Assembly: GCA_965215885.1 (NCBI GenBank) | Contig: CBDCEW010000085.1 | Span: forward strand, 1-64,000 | Length of the DNA: 64,000 nt | Direction of reading: 5' to 3' | From: Candidatus Moanibacter sp. | GTDB taxonomy: Bacteria > Verrucomicrobiota > Verrucomicrobiia > Opitutales > UBA2987 | Shown here: piece by piece, positions 48,464 through 59,133 of the stretch | Numbering within the stretch: position 1 is the stretch's first letter | Layout of the letters: each line of letters opens with the position of its first letter | The notes under the pieces: model-generated | The model's input: the letters and a program-made list of their open reading frames with translations, nothing else | What the model was told of the DNA's origin: nothing | The model's database searches: none | Position numbers and translations under genes: made by a program

Positions 48464-50653
48464 ATGGAGCTGCACAAGGCGTTAAAACAATACTTCCATT
48501 TCGATAGGTTTCGGCCTGGGCAGGAGGAAGTAGCGGCCGCCATTCTGAGTGGGACTGATGCCATGGTAGTTATGCCGACGGGCGGAGGAAAGTCGCTCTG
48601 CTACCAGCTGCCGGCTCTGATGATGGAGGGAGTCGCAGTGATTGTCTCTCCACTGATCGCTCTAATGAAAGATCAGGTCGACTCGTTGAGAGAGCAGAAA
48701 ATAGAGGCCACGTTTATAAACAGTAGCCTAAGCGGGAGAGAACAGCGCGAGAGGATCGATGCGGTGAGGCAAGGGCGAATCCGGCTGGTCTATATCGCAC
48801 CGGAACGTTTTCGGCAGGCCCGCTTTGTAGAGGCACTGAAGAAGGTAACAATTTCATTTTTCGCTGTCGACGAAGCTCATTGCGTCTCGATGTGGGGACA
48901 CGATTTCCGTCCCGACTATCTTCGGCTCGGTGGCACGTTTGAAGCGCTGGGTCGCCCCCCGGTGGCAGCCTTTACGGCTACCGCTACTCCGGAAGTGCGG
49001 CAGGACATAAGGGACCTCCTCCGCCTCCACGACCCGCGAGAGTGCGTTACCGGTTTCGCACGCCCGAACCTCGAGTTTCGAGTGACCCAGGTTAGCTCGA
49101 CCGCTGAGAAATACCTGAGGCTGAGCGAGTTAATCGACGGAAATCGAACCGGCATAATCTATTGCGCGACCCGAAAGCGCGTCGAGGAGGTCGCGGAGCG
49201 TCTGAAAAGCTGGGACATCGCCCATATCGCCTATCACGCCGGGTTGGATGATGCGGAACGGAAACGTGCCCAGGAGAGATTTCTGCAAAGAAAATCCGAC
49301 GTGGCCGTGGCCACAAACGCATTCGGGATGGGAATCGACCGGGCCGACATTCGGTTTCTGGCGCACTTCGAGATGCCGGGCAGTGTTGAAGCCTATTACC
49401 AGGAAGGGGGTCGCGCGGGCCGCGATGGAAAACCGGCAGTCTGCGAACTGCTGTTCAATTACGCGGATAAGCGCGTGCAGGAATTCTTCATCGAAGGCAA
49501 CAATCCGAGCAAGGCTGTGATCGTGGATGTTTACACTCATTTGCGTCGATTGGCTGATAGCCATAGCGAAGTACGGCGGTCGATAAGGGACCTCACGTCA
49601 GAGATGAGCTACGGCAATAATTCTCTGCAGGTGAACGCTTCCCTCACCATCCTGAACCGCATGGGCGTGATCGAGCGCTTCGATATTCCCGGAGAACGAA
49701 TCCGGGGCACGCGTCTTCGGCAACCCGACTTACAACCCCATGCGCTCAATCTCGATGCGGCTGCTCTGGCTGAAAAGGACCAGCGCGATCGCGGCAAACT
49801 TCAAGCTATGATCCAATACGGCTACGCCGAACGATGCCGACAGGCCTGGATATTGCATTATTTTGGCGAAAGAGACGCACAGCCCTGTGGTTGCTGCGAC
49901 CGTTGTAACGAGGCGCCTCCGAAAGACTTGCGTGAACCGACTAACGATGAAGCGGTTATTTTGCAGAAAGCGCTGAGCGGTGTCGCCCGCGCCTCGTGGC
50001 GTGGGGGATCTTCATCAAGATGGCAGGCCCGCTACGGTCTTAATCGCATTGTCCAGATGTTAGTCGGCAGCCGCAGCCGGAATGTGCTCGATGCCCGTCT
50101 CGATACACTCTCCACCTACGGTCTCTTAAAGGAAGAGGGTCTCCCCTATGTTAAATCCCTCTTTGCCGCAATGGAAAGGGCCGGCCTCGTTCAAGCGACC
50201 GACGATCAATACCGCATGATCACCCTTACCTCCCTGGGGGAGCAGGTGATGAAGGGGCAGTCCACCGTCAAACTCGATTGGCCCGAGCGAAAGGCGCGCC
50301 GTCCAAAAAAGCATGCATCACCCGTGGCCGAAACAACCTCATCCGAGACCGAAGTCGGTAAAGAACTCTACGAAGCGCTCAAATCAAAGCGCCTCCAACT
50401 CGCCAAAGCCCGCGGCAATGTTCCGGCATATACAATTTTTTCCAACCGCTCCCTGCTCGGATTAGCCTCGATGAAACCGTTGACGGTGGAAGAAGCCATG
50501 GCTATCCCAGGAATCGGCAAAGTAAGAGCGCGTACCGTCCTCCCGGCTTTCCTCAAAATCATCGCCCAACATCGGGTGGATTCCGAGACCAAAGGAGGAC
50601 GAAATGCTTCCGTCCCGGCGCGCCGGGACTACGCTTGTGATCGGGAAATGTAG
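48464..50653 (+). CDS. recQ: RecQ family ATP-dependent DNA helicase
   Basis: PTGGGKSLCYQLP, VDEAHC.S.WGHDFRP, QEGGRAGRDG, Zn-binding CR..CGCCDRC, RQC and HRDC regions. Confidence 0.95.
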   Translation: MELHKALKQYFHFDRFRPGQEEVAAAILSGTDAMVVMPTGGGKSLCYQLPALMMEGVAVIVSPLIALMKDQVDSLREQKIEATFINSSLSGREQRERIDAVRQGRIRLVYIAPERFRQARFVEALKKVTISFFAVDEAHCVSMWGHDFRPDYLRLGGTFEALGRPPVAAFTATATPEVRQDIRDLLRLHDPRECVTGFARPNLEFRVTQVSSTAEKYLRLSELIDGNRTGIIYCATRKRVEEVAERLKSWDIAHIAYHAGLDDAERKRAQERFLQRKSDVAVATNAFGMGIDRADIRFLAHFEMPGSVEAYYQEGGRAGRDGKPAVCELLFNYADKRVQEFFIEGNNPSKAVIVDVYTHLRRLADSHSEVRRSIRDLTSEMSYGNNSLQVNASLTILNRMGVIERFDIPGERIRGTRLRQPDLQPHALNLDAAALAEKDQRDRGKLQAMIQYGYAERCRQAWILHYFGERDAQPCGCCDRCNEAPPKDLREPTNDEAVILQKALSGVARASWRGGSSSRWQARYGLNRIVQMLVGSRSRNVLDARLDTLSTYGLLKEEGLPYVKSLFAAMERAGLVQATDDQYRMITLTSLGEQVMKGQSTVKLDWPERKARRPKKHASPVAETTSSETEVGKELYEALKSKRLQLAKARGNVPAYTIFSNRSLLGLASMKPLTVEEAMAIPGIGKVRARTVLPAFLKIIAQHRVDSETKGGRNASVPARRDYACDREM

Positions 50654-50870
50654 CGGAAAGCGGGAGCTTTTCGGCGCCGTTGGATTGAATCCAGAAGATA
50701 GTTCCGAAATCCCTGGTAACCTTGTCGCGAACCTCGTCCCGAACCTTGTCGAGCTACACAAAAGATGGTAGACAAAGGGTAAGATAAACTCGCACCTACG
50801 GGCGTGGTTTTCGGTTCTAAGAAGTGTCTGCGAACCGCCCGGAGACCCTCACCGGCAGTAAAGTCTCAGA

Positions 50871-51083
50871 TCAGGCCCTTTCAGGCAAAGGCTGTCCGAC
50901 GGCATGGGCAATATCTCTTACGTCCTGTTCGAGCAGTTTCGTAATTACCGCAACGCGCATGCCGAGATTCTTAAGAGCAATGGCCGTATAATAGGCCGTG
51001 CCCCCGGGCATCTCGAATTCACCCTCTGCGGTGCGCACGAGGTCCTTCGTTACGTGGCCAACCACACAGACATCGAACATCAT
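50871..51083 (-). pseudogene. N-terminal fragment of a PfkB-family kinase
   Basis: VVGHVTKD...PGGTAYY; only about 60 aa. Confidence 0.7.
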
Positions 51084-51224
51084 CGGTTTCCCACCACATC
51101 CTGATCAAGTAGATCACCGCTGACGACAACAATGTTCATCCCGCGCACCTGTCCTCCGAAGTCCCGGCCCGCTGGGACGAAAGATGGAAGCGCGGTCCTA
51201 CATGCCTCGCCTTCGCCGTCATAC

Positions 51225-52323
51225 TTACGCTTCGAATATTGGCTGCTTCGGCGCGAATTTGCGATTCAGTTTCAGATCCCGGGTTTCCAGGGGGAGGGCG
51301 ACGCGGGCGCCTCCAAGACGGTGGGATTCGATGAAGGCAAAGATAATCTCGAGGTTGATGCAGGCCACGCGAATCCCCCCCCGGGTAGGACGGCCGCTAT
51401 CAAGGGCCCGCACGATATCCTCAATCAGCGTCAAGGTCGAACTGCGCCTTTCGAATTCGGGAAACGATCCGGGTCGGTAGATGGGATACGGGGCACCTGC
51501 GACGCTGTGGCGCTCGTAGACTTCCCATTTCTGACCGTTATTGCGGGCCGTGACCGTCCCGGATTCGCAAATGGCCTCAAAATCGACTCGGCGGGCGGTA
51601 TGGAGAGCGTACCCGCGAACCCCGCCGGGAAATTGAACGATGCCTTCCCCGACCGGATCGATCGCGAGATCACCGTCACGATAGAGCTTGTTATCGCCTT
51701 CTCTGAGGGTGGCCTGCACCCATTCGGGAGCGACATCGCCGGCCATCGTGAGCATGAGGTCGAGAGTGTGGCTGGCGGTGTTGAAGAGCGTCCCGTTACC
51801 GTAGATGATGAATGATTCGAGAGCGCCGTATTTTCCGCTCTCGATGAGGGCTTTCAACTCCAAATAACCCACCTCCCAACGCCGGTTGGTTCCCATATTA
51901 AAAACTGTTCCATTCCCTTCGATGGCATTGCGCATGGCGTCGGCTTCTTCCAGGGAAGCCGCCAGCGCCTTCTCAGCGTAGATCGCTTTGACGCCATAGT
52001 TCGCGGCGTGGATAACGATTTCGGCCCGTTGTTCGGGCTGGGTCGCGACGCTAACGATGTCCGGAGACTCTCTTTTTATCATGTCGCGATAGTCGGAATA
52101 CCGTTTCTCTCCGGGAACATCATATTCCTCACCGAAACGCACCATAACCTCTTCACGGACATCGGAACAGGCCACGATCCGGGTGCGCGGGCAGGCCCGG
52201 TAACCGGCCGCGTGAGAAAACGGGCGCATAACGGCTGCGAGGTCTCGGTAGGTGATCTACCTCATTATCGATAAAGGCGCCCATCCGGCTGCAGCCGATG
52301 ATTGCTGTGCGGTAGGTGATCAT
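51225..52323 (-). pseudogene. Gfo/Idh/MocA oxidoreductase with N-terminal frameshift
   Basis: MITYRTAIIGCSRMG in one frame; SHAAGY...PDIVSVAT...YAEKA in another. Confidence 0.8.
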
Positions 52324-52750
52324 GCCAGAGTATCTAATTACCGTACCGCACGAAAAGGCGAGCGTTTCCATGATGCGGTGCCTGGATTTACCGTCTCGAA
52401 ATCGTTCCGGTTCAAACGGGAGTGAGCCGCAGCACTCGAGTGCTCAGGGTTACGAGCCCTCCTCTATAACGTCCTCGTCCTCGTGCTCGAAACAAGCCAA
52501 AACACAAAGTTGATCCTCGATCAAAGTGAATCGGAGAGTGGCAGGAGTGATTTGTCGGATGGATCGTTCGATAAAGATCGCTCCGAGGACGAGGACGAGA
52601 ACGATACCTAGTCCGCCAACTTGCAATTTCCCCGGTTGAATGGTGCGAAAATCATCACCCTCGAACCCGCTCTGCCGTACGGCAGAGAAGTTTCAGGTTA
52701 CGACAAAGGGAACGATTGAATTCATTGCTTCAGGTAGCTAGAAACACTTC

Positions 52751-53752
52751 ATGAAATACACCACTCTGGGTCGAAATACACCACTCTGGGTCGGCCTTCG
52801 TGTCTCCCGTCTCTGTCTAGGTACGGTCAATTTCGGGCCCTACACTACGGAGCAGGACAGCCATGCCATCATGGACAGGGCTCTCGATGCGGGCATTAAT
52901 TTCTTCGATACCGCGGATGTCTATGGGCATGTCCCCGGCGAAGGCCTTACTGAAACCATCCTCGGCAGCTGGTTCGCCCAGGGCGGAGGCCGCCGCGAAA
53001 AGGTCATCCTCGCAACCAAAGTCTACAATCCCATGAACCGCGAGGGAGAGGCCGACCCGAATCAGGAGCGCCTCCTCAACGCCCGCAAAATTATCCGGAA
53101 CTGCGAGGCCAGCCTGCGACGCCTCAAAACCGATACCATCGATCTCTATCAAATGCACCACGTCGACCGCAACTGCCCGTGGGACGAGATCTGGCAGGCC
53201 ATGGAACTGCTCGTCCAGCAGGGCAAGGTCATTTATGTCGGATCGAGCAACTTCGCCGGGTGGGATATCGCCACCGCCTGTCAGACCGCAGCTCGACGTG
53301 GATTCCTCGGCCTCGTCAGTGAACAAAGCGTCTACAACCTCGCCCGGCGGACCGTTGAGCTGGAGGTCGTCCCCGCCTGCCGTCACTACGGCCTCGGTCT
53401 CATTCCCTGGAGCCCCCTTGACAACGGCCTCCTCGCAGGAGCCTCTTTGCAGGAAAAGGGTGGAAGACGCGAAGGTGATGCACAGCAGAAAAAGAGAGAG
53501 CGCCACCACGACCAACTGGAGTGTTACGTAACCCTCTGTCAGGAACTCGGACACTCTCCCGCCAGCGTCGCCCTGGCCTGGCTCCTGCATAACCCCGTAT
53601 TGACCGCCCCCATCATCGGTCCGCGTTCCATAGACCAACTCAACGACGTTCTTGATGTACCTGATATCGTCCTCGAGGAGGAGACGCTAAAGAGGCTCGA
53701 CGAGATCTGGCCCGGCCCCGGAGGCGAGGCCCCCAAAGCCTACGCATGGTGA
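52751..53752 (+). CDS. Aldo/keto reductase
   Basis: SRLCLGT, FFDTADVYG, LATK, SLRRLKTDTIDLYQMH, IPWSPL. Confidence 0.95.
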   Translation: MKYTTLGRNTPLWVGLRVSRLCLGTVNFGPYTTEQDSHAIMDRALDAGINFFDTADVYGHVPGEGLTETILGSWFAQGGGRREKVILATKVYNPMNREGEADPNQERLLNARKIIRNCEASLRRLKTDTIDLYQMHHVDRNCPWDEIWQAMELLVQQGKVIYVGSSNFAGWDIATACQTAARRGFLGLVSEQSVYNLARRTVELEVVPACRHYGLGLIPWSPLDNGLLAGASLQEKGGRREGDAQQKKRERHHDQLECYVTLCQELGHSPASVALAWLLHNPVLTAPIIGPRSIDQLNDVLDVPDIVLEEETLKRLDEIWPGPGGEAPKAYAW

Positions 53753-54203
53753 CGTGGTCTTAGGGTCAGGCCTTCGAATTTGATTCCGGTGAAAACCCAG
53801 GTTCTTGTCCCGCTGAGCCAATACGCGTTAACTTGGAAGCGAAGTTAACGCTTCAGGACTTTCTTTTAAGATTTTTCCCACGGTGGGCTTCGCCCCATAC
53901 CACTGTGCTTGTCAGTGACCCTCGCTACCCTGATCGAATAAAGACTGGGTTGAGCTTTCGTCCTTCATCTGTCGATCACCGCAAGGAACAGTGGTATGGC
54001 TACTGCATCAGTGGGCCAACTCTCTGCGAATCCTCTTCCTCCCGGGGGCTTCCCCATCGTGTTCCGGTTCAGCTCTTTTGACACAGGCTGGCAAGAACCT
54101 CGGGATATTTCACCAGAATCCGGATATACACCTTCTTTTTGCGACAAAGCAAACTCGGCAAGTGGTAGATTCAGCAACAGCCTTTTTGTTGATTATCCGT
54201 TTC

Positions 54204-54746
54204 TCAAGGAAAAGTCTGATTCTTGCTATCAAGCATAGGCAAATCATCAATCGGTTGAGGCGCTCGCACAACAATATCATCAGCCACTTCGATCACCATA
54301 CGGTCTTCCCCCACCGTCAAGGGGCCATCATATCCTGCCGCACGCGTGCGAGCCACAATCTCCTCCGGGATCATCTTAACGGGAAGATCCTTTGCCACGA
54401 TGTGTGTATAAACGACCATTCTCGGGGCTGTTCGACGGAAGATTTCCGCTGCTTGCTCCGGGGTGGTAAGTTTTGCCAACACGCCCTTCATTTCAAATCC
54501 GTGGTCACGTCCAAGCAGAAACCAGGGAGTAATCCAGAGCTCGGGAAGGCCTTCGATGTGGTCGTTATGCAAATGGCTTATGAAGAGCTTATCGATCTCC
54601 TTCGGATTTATCCTGCTGAGATAGAGATTCTGAGCCGTCCCCCTTCCAACGTCGAATAGCAAGTGCTGGCCGTTTGCTTCAACGAGCGTTGAAATTCCAA
54701 GCCGGTCGGGAAAGAATTCCGGACCGCCCGTTCCAACCAAGGTAAC
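54204..54746 (-). pseudogene. RNase Z-like MBL-fold hydrolase remnant
   Basis: VTLVGTGGP, LFDVGRG, SHLHNDH; no clear start and an apparent internal deletion at 'GFE|MKG'. Confidence 0.7.
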
Positions 54747-54748
54747 CT

Positions 54749-55834
54749 TTATGGTGTCATCTCTTTTAGTTTGGCTTGGAGTTTCTTCGCTTCTTGATAA
54801 TTGGGCGCTTTTTCGAGCACCTCGGCAAGTTCTGCCTCCGCTTCCTCAATCCGGTTTAAGGCAGCGAGTATTTGCGCGCGCCCGAGTTGATGCAGCAAGG
54901 TGAAACGACGCTTCGTTCTCTTCCAATCATCGCATTTTTTCAGAGTTTTTTCGCGTATGGCCTGAGCTTGATCCATATCACCTTTTGCAGAAAAGATCTC
55001 CGCTTGGAGTAATCTCCATTTGATGTCAAAGGAATCGTCCTTCAAAAATGGCTCAATCCAAGAAAGAGCTTTGTCGTATTTGCCTTGCTGCAAAAAACCC
55101 CGAACTCCCGATTCTCGCAATGCCAGGCTTTTTGTTGATGCCAGACCTTGAACATAGTTTTCTACGGCTTCATCCAGATGGCCCGTTTCTTCCAGCAAGT
55201 TCCCTCGCTCCAAAAAAAATCAGCGGTTTGACGCAATTTAGATGCCTCTCGCTAATCCCTTCTTGCTTCCTCGAGTTTGCCCAAGTCTCGATAGAGAGCC
55301 CCTCTCTGAACGTAGACTTCCGATAGTCTTACCCCGAGTTCTACTGTTTTCGAAAAACTTGCCAGAGCATCTTCATCCCTGCTCATCACTCTCATCGTGA
55401 GGCCTTTTTCGAAATGATAAGTTCCATTTTTTGGATTCTTGACGATGAGTCGGTCTATTTCCTCCAAAGACAATTCCCGGTATCTCTCGCCGTCTGGATG
55501 GGATCTACCGATGTGGCGGTAGACGATAGCTCTACGCAGAAGATACGCTTGATTTTCGGGGTCTTCCTCAAGCCTCTTGTTGATTTGCTCAAGTTGTGCC
55601 TCATGACTCAGATCAGCTAGAACGGACTGAGACCACAGAAAACCGAGCGCAGCAAAGCCGCAACCAAAAGAGCGGAGGGGGAGAAACGGAGACGGGGAGA
55701 CACGGAGAGAAAGACCTAACGGATTCGATCGGCTCACTGAAAATAGTGTACTTAGTAAACCTCGTCGCGAACCTTGCCTGCCTCGGCAAAGCGAAGCGAC
55801 GACGGGTCGACCCCACGACTTTGAGTACCAACAT
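54749..55834 (-). pseudogene. Secreted TPR protein, disrupted
   Basis: Two TPR ORFs separated by a TAG (55252-55254) and a T8 tract frameshift; signal peptide interrupted by repeat DNA. Confidence 0.75.
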
Positions 55835-56046
55835 GTTACACTCCAAACCGTGTTCAAAAAACTAAGTTCTGACAGATAGTAATACAAAAAAAGCGTCAAG
55901 TATCTCATTGCAATTGTCTCCTCTTCGTGGAGGTAGGATCAAAAGCCTCTTCTTTTAGCCCTATTGTGTTTTTTTTGAGAGCTAATCGATTGTGAGCTTT
56001 ATGAAGATCAGGTATTAGCTAAAGCCGATTCTCAACAACAACCTAA

Positions 56047-58512
56047 ATGTCGAAAAAGATATTATTCGTACTTGGACTATCGAGCCTGTTGCCCCTTGAG
56101 TATGCTACCGGACAAGGCGGTGGAAATTTAACCGCCCAATTAGAGATGAATGATGCTCCTTGGACGGGAGTTCCTGGTGAGGTAATCGACTCCTCCGGAA
56201 ATGGAAATAATGGAACTGCTCAGAACGGGGCCACCACCATTGCCGATCCTTTCAGAGGACAGATTGGTTCCTTTGACGGGGTGGATGACTATGTGGAAAT
56301 CGATAATCTGATCGATTTTAGCACAAGCGATTTCTCAGTGACAGTCTGGGTCAATATCGCCGCTTTTACCGATAAAGCTGGTATCTTTGCGAACCGATCC
56401 AACACGGGAGACGATCCAGGCTTCCTGATAAGAACTGACACTTCTTCCACTGGGAGAAAAGAAATCGAAATCCTCACCGATTTCGGAGAGAGCTCAACGC
56501 AATCCTATGCGCGTCATTTAGCAACCGATAGATGGTATCACGTAGCTGCAACCGTAGATCGAGACGGTAGCCAAAAAATCTACATTGATGGTGCGCTGCA
56601 GGATACGGACGATATCAGCTCCTTCGCTGCAATCGCGATTACCAGCAGCCAAAATCCCCGGATTGGAAGAAACGAAGGATCTACCGAGTTCCAAGGAGAA
56701 ATGGAAGACCTTCGTCTCTATAGCAAAGTATTAACCACTCTGGAAATCCAGGACATTTTTAACACAACCAACGTTGGGCCGGTGGAATTGGTTCGTGGTC
56801 CCTATTTGCAAAGAGCTTCCAACGATGAAATTACTCTGCGGTGGCTGACAAGCTTTAATACCAACGATAGCCGAGTGCGCTATGGAAGCAGCCCGGGATC
56901 ACTCACCCAGACCGCAACAGTTGCTGGAGCGAAAACTGACCACACCGTGCAGATTACCAGCCTCAATCCCAATACGCGTTATTATTACGCTGTGGGTTCA
57001 AATGCGGGAGATTTAGTCGGGGATGATTTTGACCATTACTTTGAGACTCATCCTGACGTGGCATCCACCCAACCCCAACGGTTTTGGGTATTAGGAGACT
57101 CAGGAACAGGGAACAATGAAACCATTGCAGTGCGCGACGCCTATTTGGAATTAGCCGCCAGTGAACAAGACGCAGATATGGTGATGATGCTTGGGGATAA
57201 TGCATATAATGACGGCACCCAGCTGCAGCATCAGGGCGCGGTATTTGATATGTATTCAAGCATCCTCCGCAACAAAGTGCTATGGCCGACATTGGGCAAC
57301 CATGGTGCCCGGGATTTTGATCCGGTTACCGGAGAACTGCTCGGCTCTGATGGCGGTCCCAACATGGGCTTTCACTACTTGAAGATCTTTACCCTGCCGG
57401 CAAACGGAGAATCCGGAGGTATGCCATCGGGTAGTGAGAATTACTATTCCTATGATCGAGGCAACGTACACTTTATTTGCCTGGATTCGAATTTTCGGGA
57501 TGGCTTTGGAAGCGATCCGGACCCCAGTGCGCCGATGGCCCAATGGCTGCAGCAGGATCTCACAGCGACCAATCAGGATTGGGTAATTGTATTCTGGCAT
57601 CATCCACCTTACAGCAAGGGCTCTCACAACGGTGATAGTGCCATGAGAGATAACATTGTTCCGATTATTGAAGCAGGAGGGGTGGATTTGGTGCTAACAG
57701 GTCATAGCCACTCCTATGAGCGTTCGTATCTGATAGATAGTCTCACCTCCGATCCTGGATTGAACGAGCCGGTTCCTCCCTCAGCGATTGTTGACAGCGG
57801 GGATGGTCAAGAAGGCGGAGATGGGGTCTATGAAAAACCTCCCGGAATTGTTCCGAATACTGGGACCGTATACATCGTGGCGGGAAGTTCGGGTAAGACG
57901 AGTGGCGTGCAGCCTGACGACCCTGGTGGTTGGCCTTCGCCGATCATGATTCACGCGGCGCAAGAACTAGGTTCCTTAGTCATCGATGTGAATGATCAAC
58001 GAATGGACGTTCGGTTTTTGCGAGAGCTTACCAACCCTACTCAAGTTGATGACTTCTTTGCTATTGAAAAGACTCCGAGTGCCGGCATTCCGGGGTATAT
58101 AGCCTGGAGAGATGGCTTCTTTGCGCCCGGAGAAAGCGGTAGTGAACCCGATGACGATCCCGAGAAGGATAAGCTTACCAATTTCCTGGAGTTTGCCTTT
58201 AACCTCGATCCCAAAGCAAACAGCCCCGATCAGTTGCCTTCTGCTACGGTAGAACTCAATCCAGTCGACCAAGAGAATTATCTCACCTTCCGCTACCGAA
58301 GAAGAATCGTGTTTACCGGCATTACCTACACTGTCGAGGCATGTGAAGATCTTCAAACCTGGGATTCAAGCCCCAGCACGTTGGAGGAACTCCCGGATCC
58401 TACTCCGAATCCGGATGGTGTGACCGAGACGGTTACTGTAAGAGTCAAACCCTCTCTAGCGACTGCAGTCATAACTAAGAAATTTGTCAGACTGCGGGTT
58501 ACTGCTCCTTGA
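56047..58512 (+). CDS. Secreted LamG + FN3 + purple acid phosphatase-type metallophosphoesterase
   Basis: Signal peptide; FDGVDDYV/WYHVAAT LamG; RGPYLQ; GDSG, GDNAY, GNH, HHPPYS, GHSHSYERS. Confidence 0.92.
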   Translation: MSKKILFVLGLSSLLPLEYATGQGGGNLTAQLEMNDAPWTGVPGEVIDSSGNGNNGTAQNGATTIADPFRGQIGSFDGVDDYVEIDNLIDFSTSDFSVTVWVNIAAFTDKAGIFANRSNTGDDPGFLIRTDTSSTGRKEIEILTDFGESSTQSYARHLATDRWYHVAATVDRDGSQKIYIDGALQDTDDISSFAAIAITSSQNPRIGRNEGSTEFQGEMEDLRLYSKVLTTLEIQDIFNTTNVGPVELVRGPYLQRASNDEITLRWLTSFNTNDSRVRYGSSPGSLTQTATVAGAKTDHTVQITSLNPNTRYYYAVGSNAGDLVGDDFDHYFETHPDVASTQPQRFWVLGDSGTGNNETIAVRDAYLELAASEQDADMVMMLGDNAYNDGTQLQHQGAVFDMYSSILRNKVLWPTLGNHGARDFDPVTGELLGSDGGPNMGFHYLKIFTLPANGESGGMPSGSENYYSYDRGNVHFICLDSNFRDGFGSDPDPSAPMAQWLQQDLTATNQDWVIVFWHHPPYSKGSHNGDSAMRDNIVPIIEAGGVDLVLTGHSHSYERSYLIDSLTSDPGLNEPVPPSAIVDSGDGQEGGDGVYEKPPGIVPNTGTVYIVAGSSGKTSGVQPDDPGGWPSPIMIHAAQELGSLVIDVNDQRMDVRFLRELTNPTQVDDFFAIEKTPSAGIPGYIAWRDGFFAPGESGSEPDDDPEKDKLTNFLEFAFNLDPKANSPDQLPSATVELNPVDQENYLTFRYRRRIVFTGITYTVEACEDLQTWDSSPSTLEELPDPTPNPDGVTETVTVRVKPSLATAVITKKFVRLRVTAP

Positions 58513-58651
58513 GGATTCAGTAATCAGATACCAGTTGAACCCCTCCAACCCCGCTCATCCTTTGTTCCGATGCGTCGGGACTACGGAGAATGGACCGATC
58601 TGGCAGCTCCATCACGTTCACCCGTCCCCCCGGCAGCGTCAGCTGCCGCAT

Positions 58652-58923
58652 ATAAATTTGGCCTCGTACGTGTTTAGCGTGATGCTTATGGTCTTAAAGT
58701 TCTTGCAAGTCTATTCGATCTTCGGGGTCATGACCTTAAGAAGTGGTTGTTTTTCCGCTTCGCTGAGGGGGTCAGGCCTTGCAAACCGCCCTTCGCAGGC
58801 TTCGGGCATTTTGCTAAGGCGGCTGACCCCGAAAAACAACCACTTCTAAGGCTTGACCCCTTCCTGAGAACATCGCACTGAAGCAGTAACCATCACGCTA
58901 AACACGTACGAGGCAAAATTTAT
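58652..58923. mobile_element. Palindromic MITE-like element abutting the tRNA 3' end
   Basis: 37-bp inverted repeats 58652-58688 / 58887-58923 (2 mismatches), plus inner IR AGAAGTGGTTGTTTTTC / GAAAAACAACCACTTCT. Confidence 0.75.
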
Positions 58924-58995
58924 GGGCCCTGAGGGATTCGAACCCCCGACCAAAGGATTATGAGTCCTCTGCTCTAACCACTGAGCTAAGGGCCC
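58923..58995 (-). tRNA. tRNA-Ile2 (CAT anticodon, lysidine type); CCA not encoded
   Basis: GGGCCCTTAGCTCAGTGGTTAGAGCAGAGGACTCATAATCCTTTGGTCGGGGGTTCGAATCCCTCAGGGCCCA; body resembles ileX-type rather than Met tRNAs. Confidence 0.9.
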
Positions 58996-59055
58996 GGGAT
59001 GGGAAACGGAAAGTGCAGGATGGGGAAAGGAGGAAAAGGTGGCAAGAAAATCCAG

Positions 59056-59133
59056 AGTCTGGAAATTCGTTCCGAATTTCCAGACTAACTATCGGGAATT
59101 CAGCTGAAGCCGAGCTTCCGCTGAATTCCCGAT
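59056..59133. terminator. Two strong hairpins downstream of atpC
   Basis: AGTCTGGAAATTCG/CGAATTTCCAGACT and ATCGGGAATTCAGC..GCTGAATTCCCGAT; no clear U tract, so these may be REP-like instead. Confidence 0.45.

Noticed and set aside
51090..51140. Macro-domain N-terminal stub (MNIVVVSGDLLDQDV)
   Set aside because: Too short (19 codons) to support a call.
53945..54015. Hammerhead ribozyme (GATGA..GGACGAAA on the minus strand)
   Set aside because: The CUGAUGA core and flanking stems are not properly formed.
38300..58995. Integrative island at tRNA-Ile2 with att duplication
   Set aside because: Only an 8-bp TGGGCCCT match near 38446, no integrase, and recQ lies inside.
58923..58995. tRNA-Met assignment
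   Set aside because: The fully paired acceptor stem and ileX-like body favour Ile2, though elongator Met cannot be fully excluded without tRNAscan-SE.
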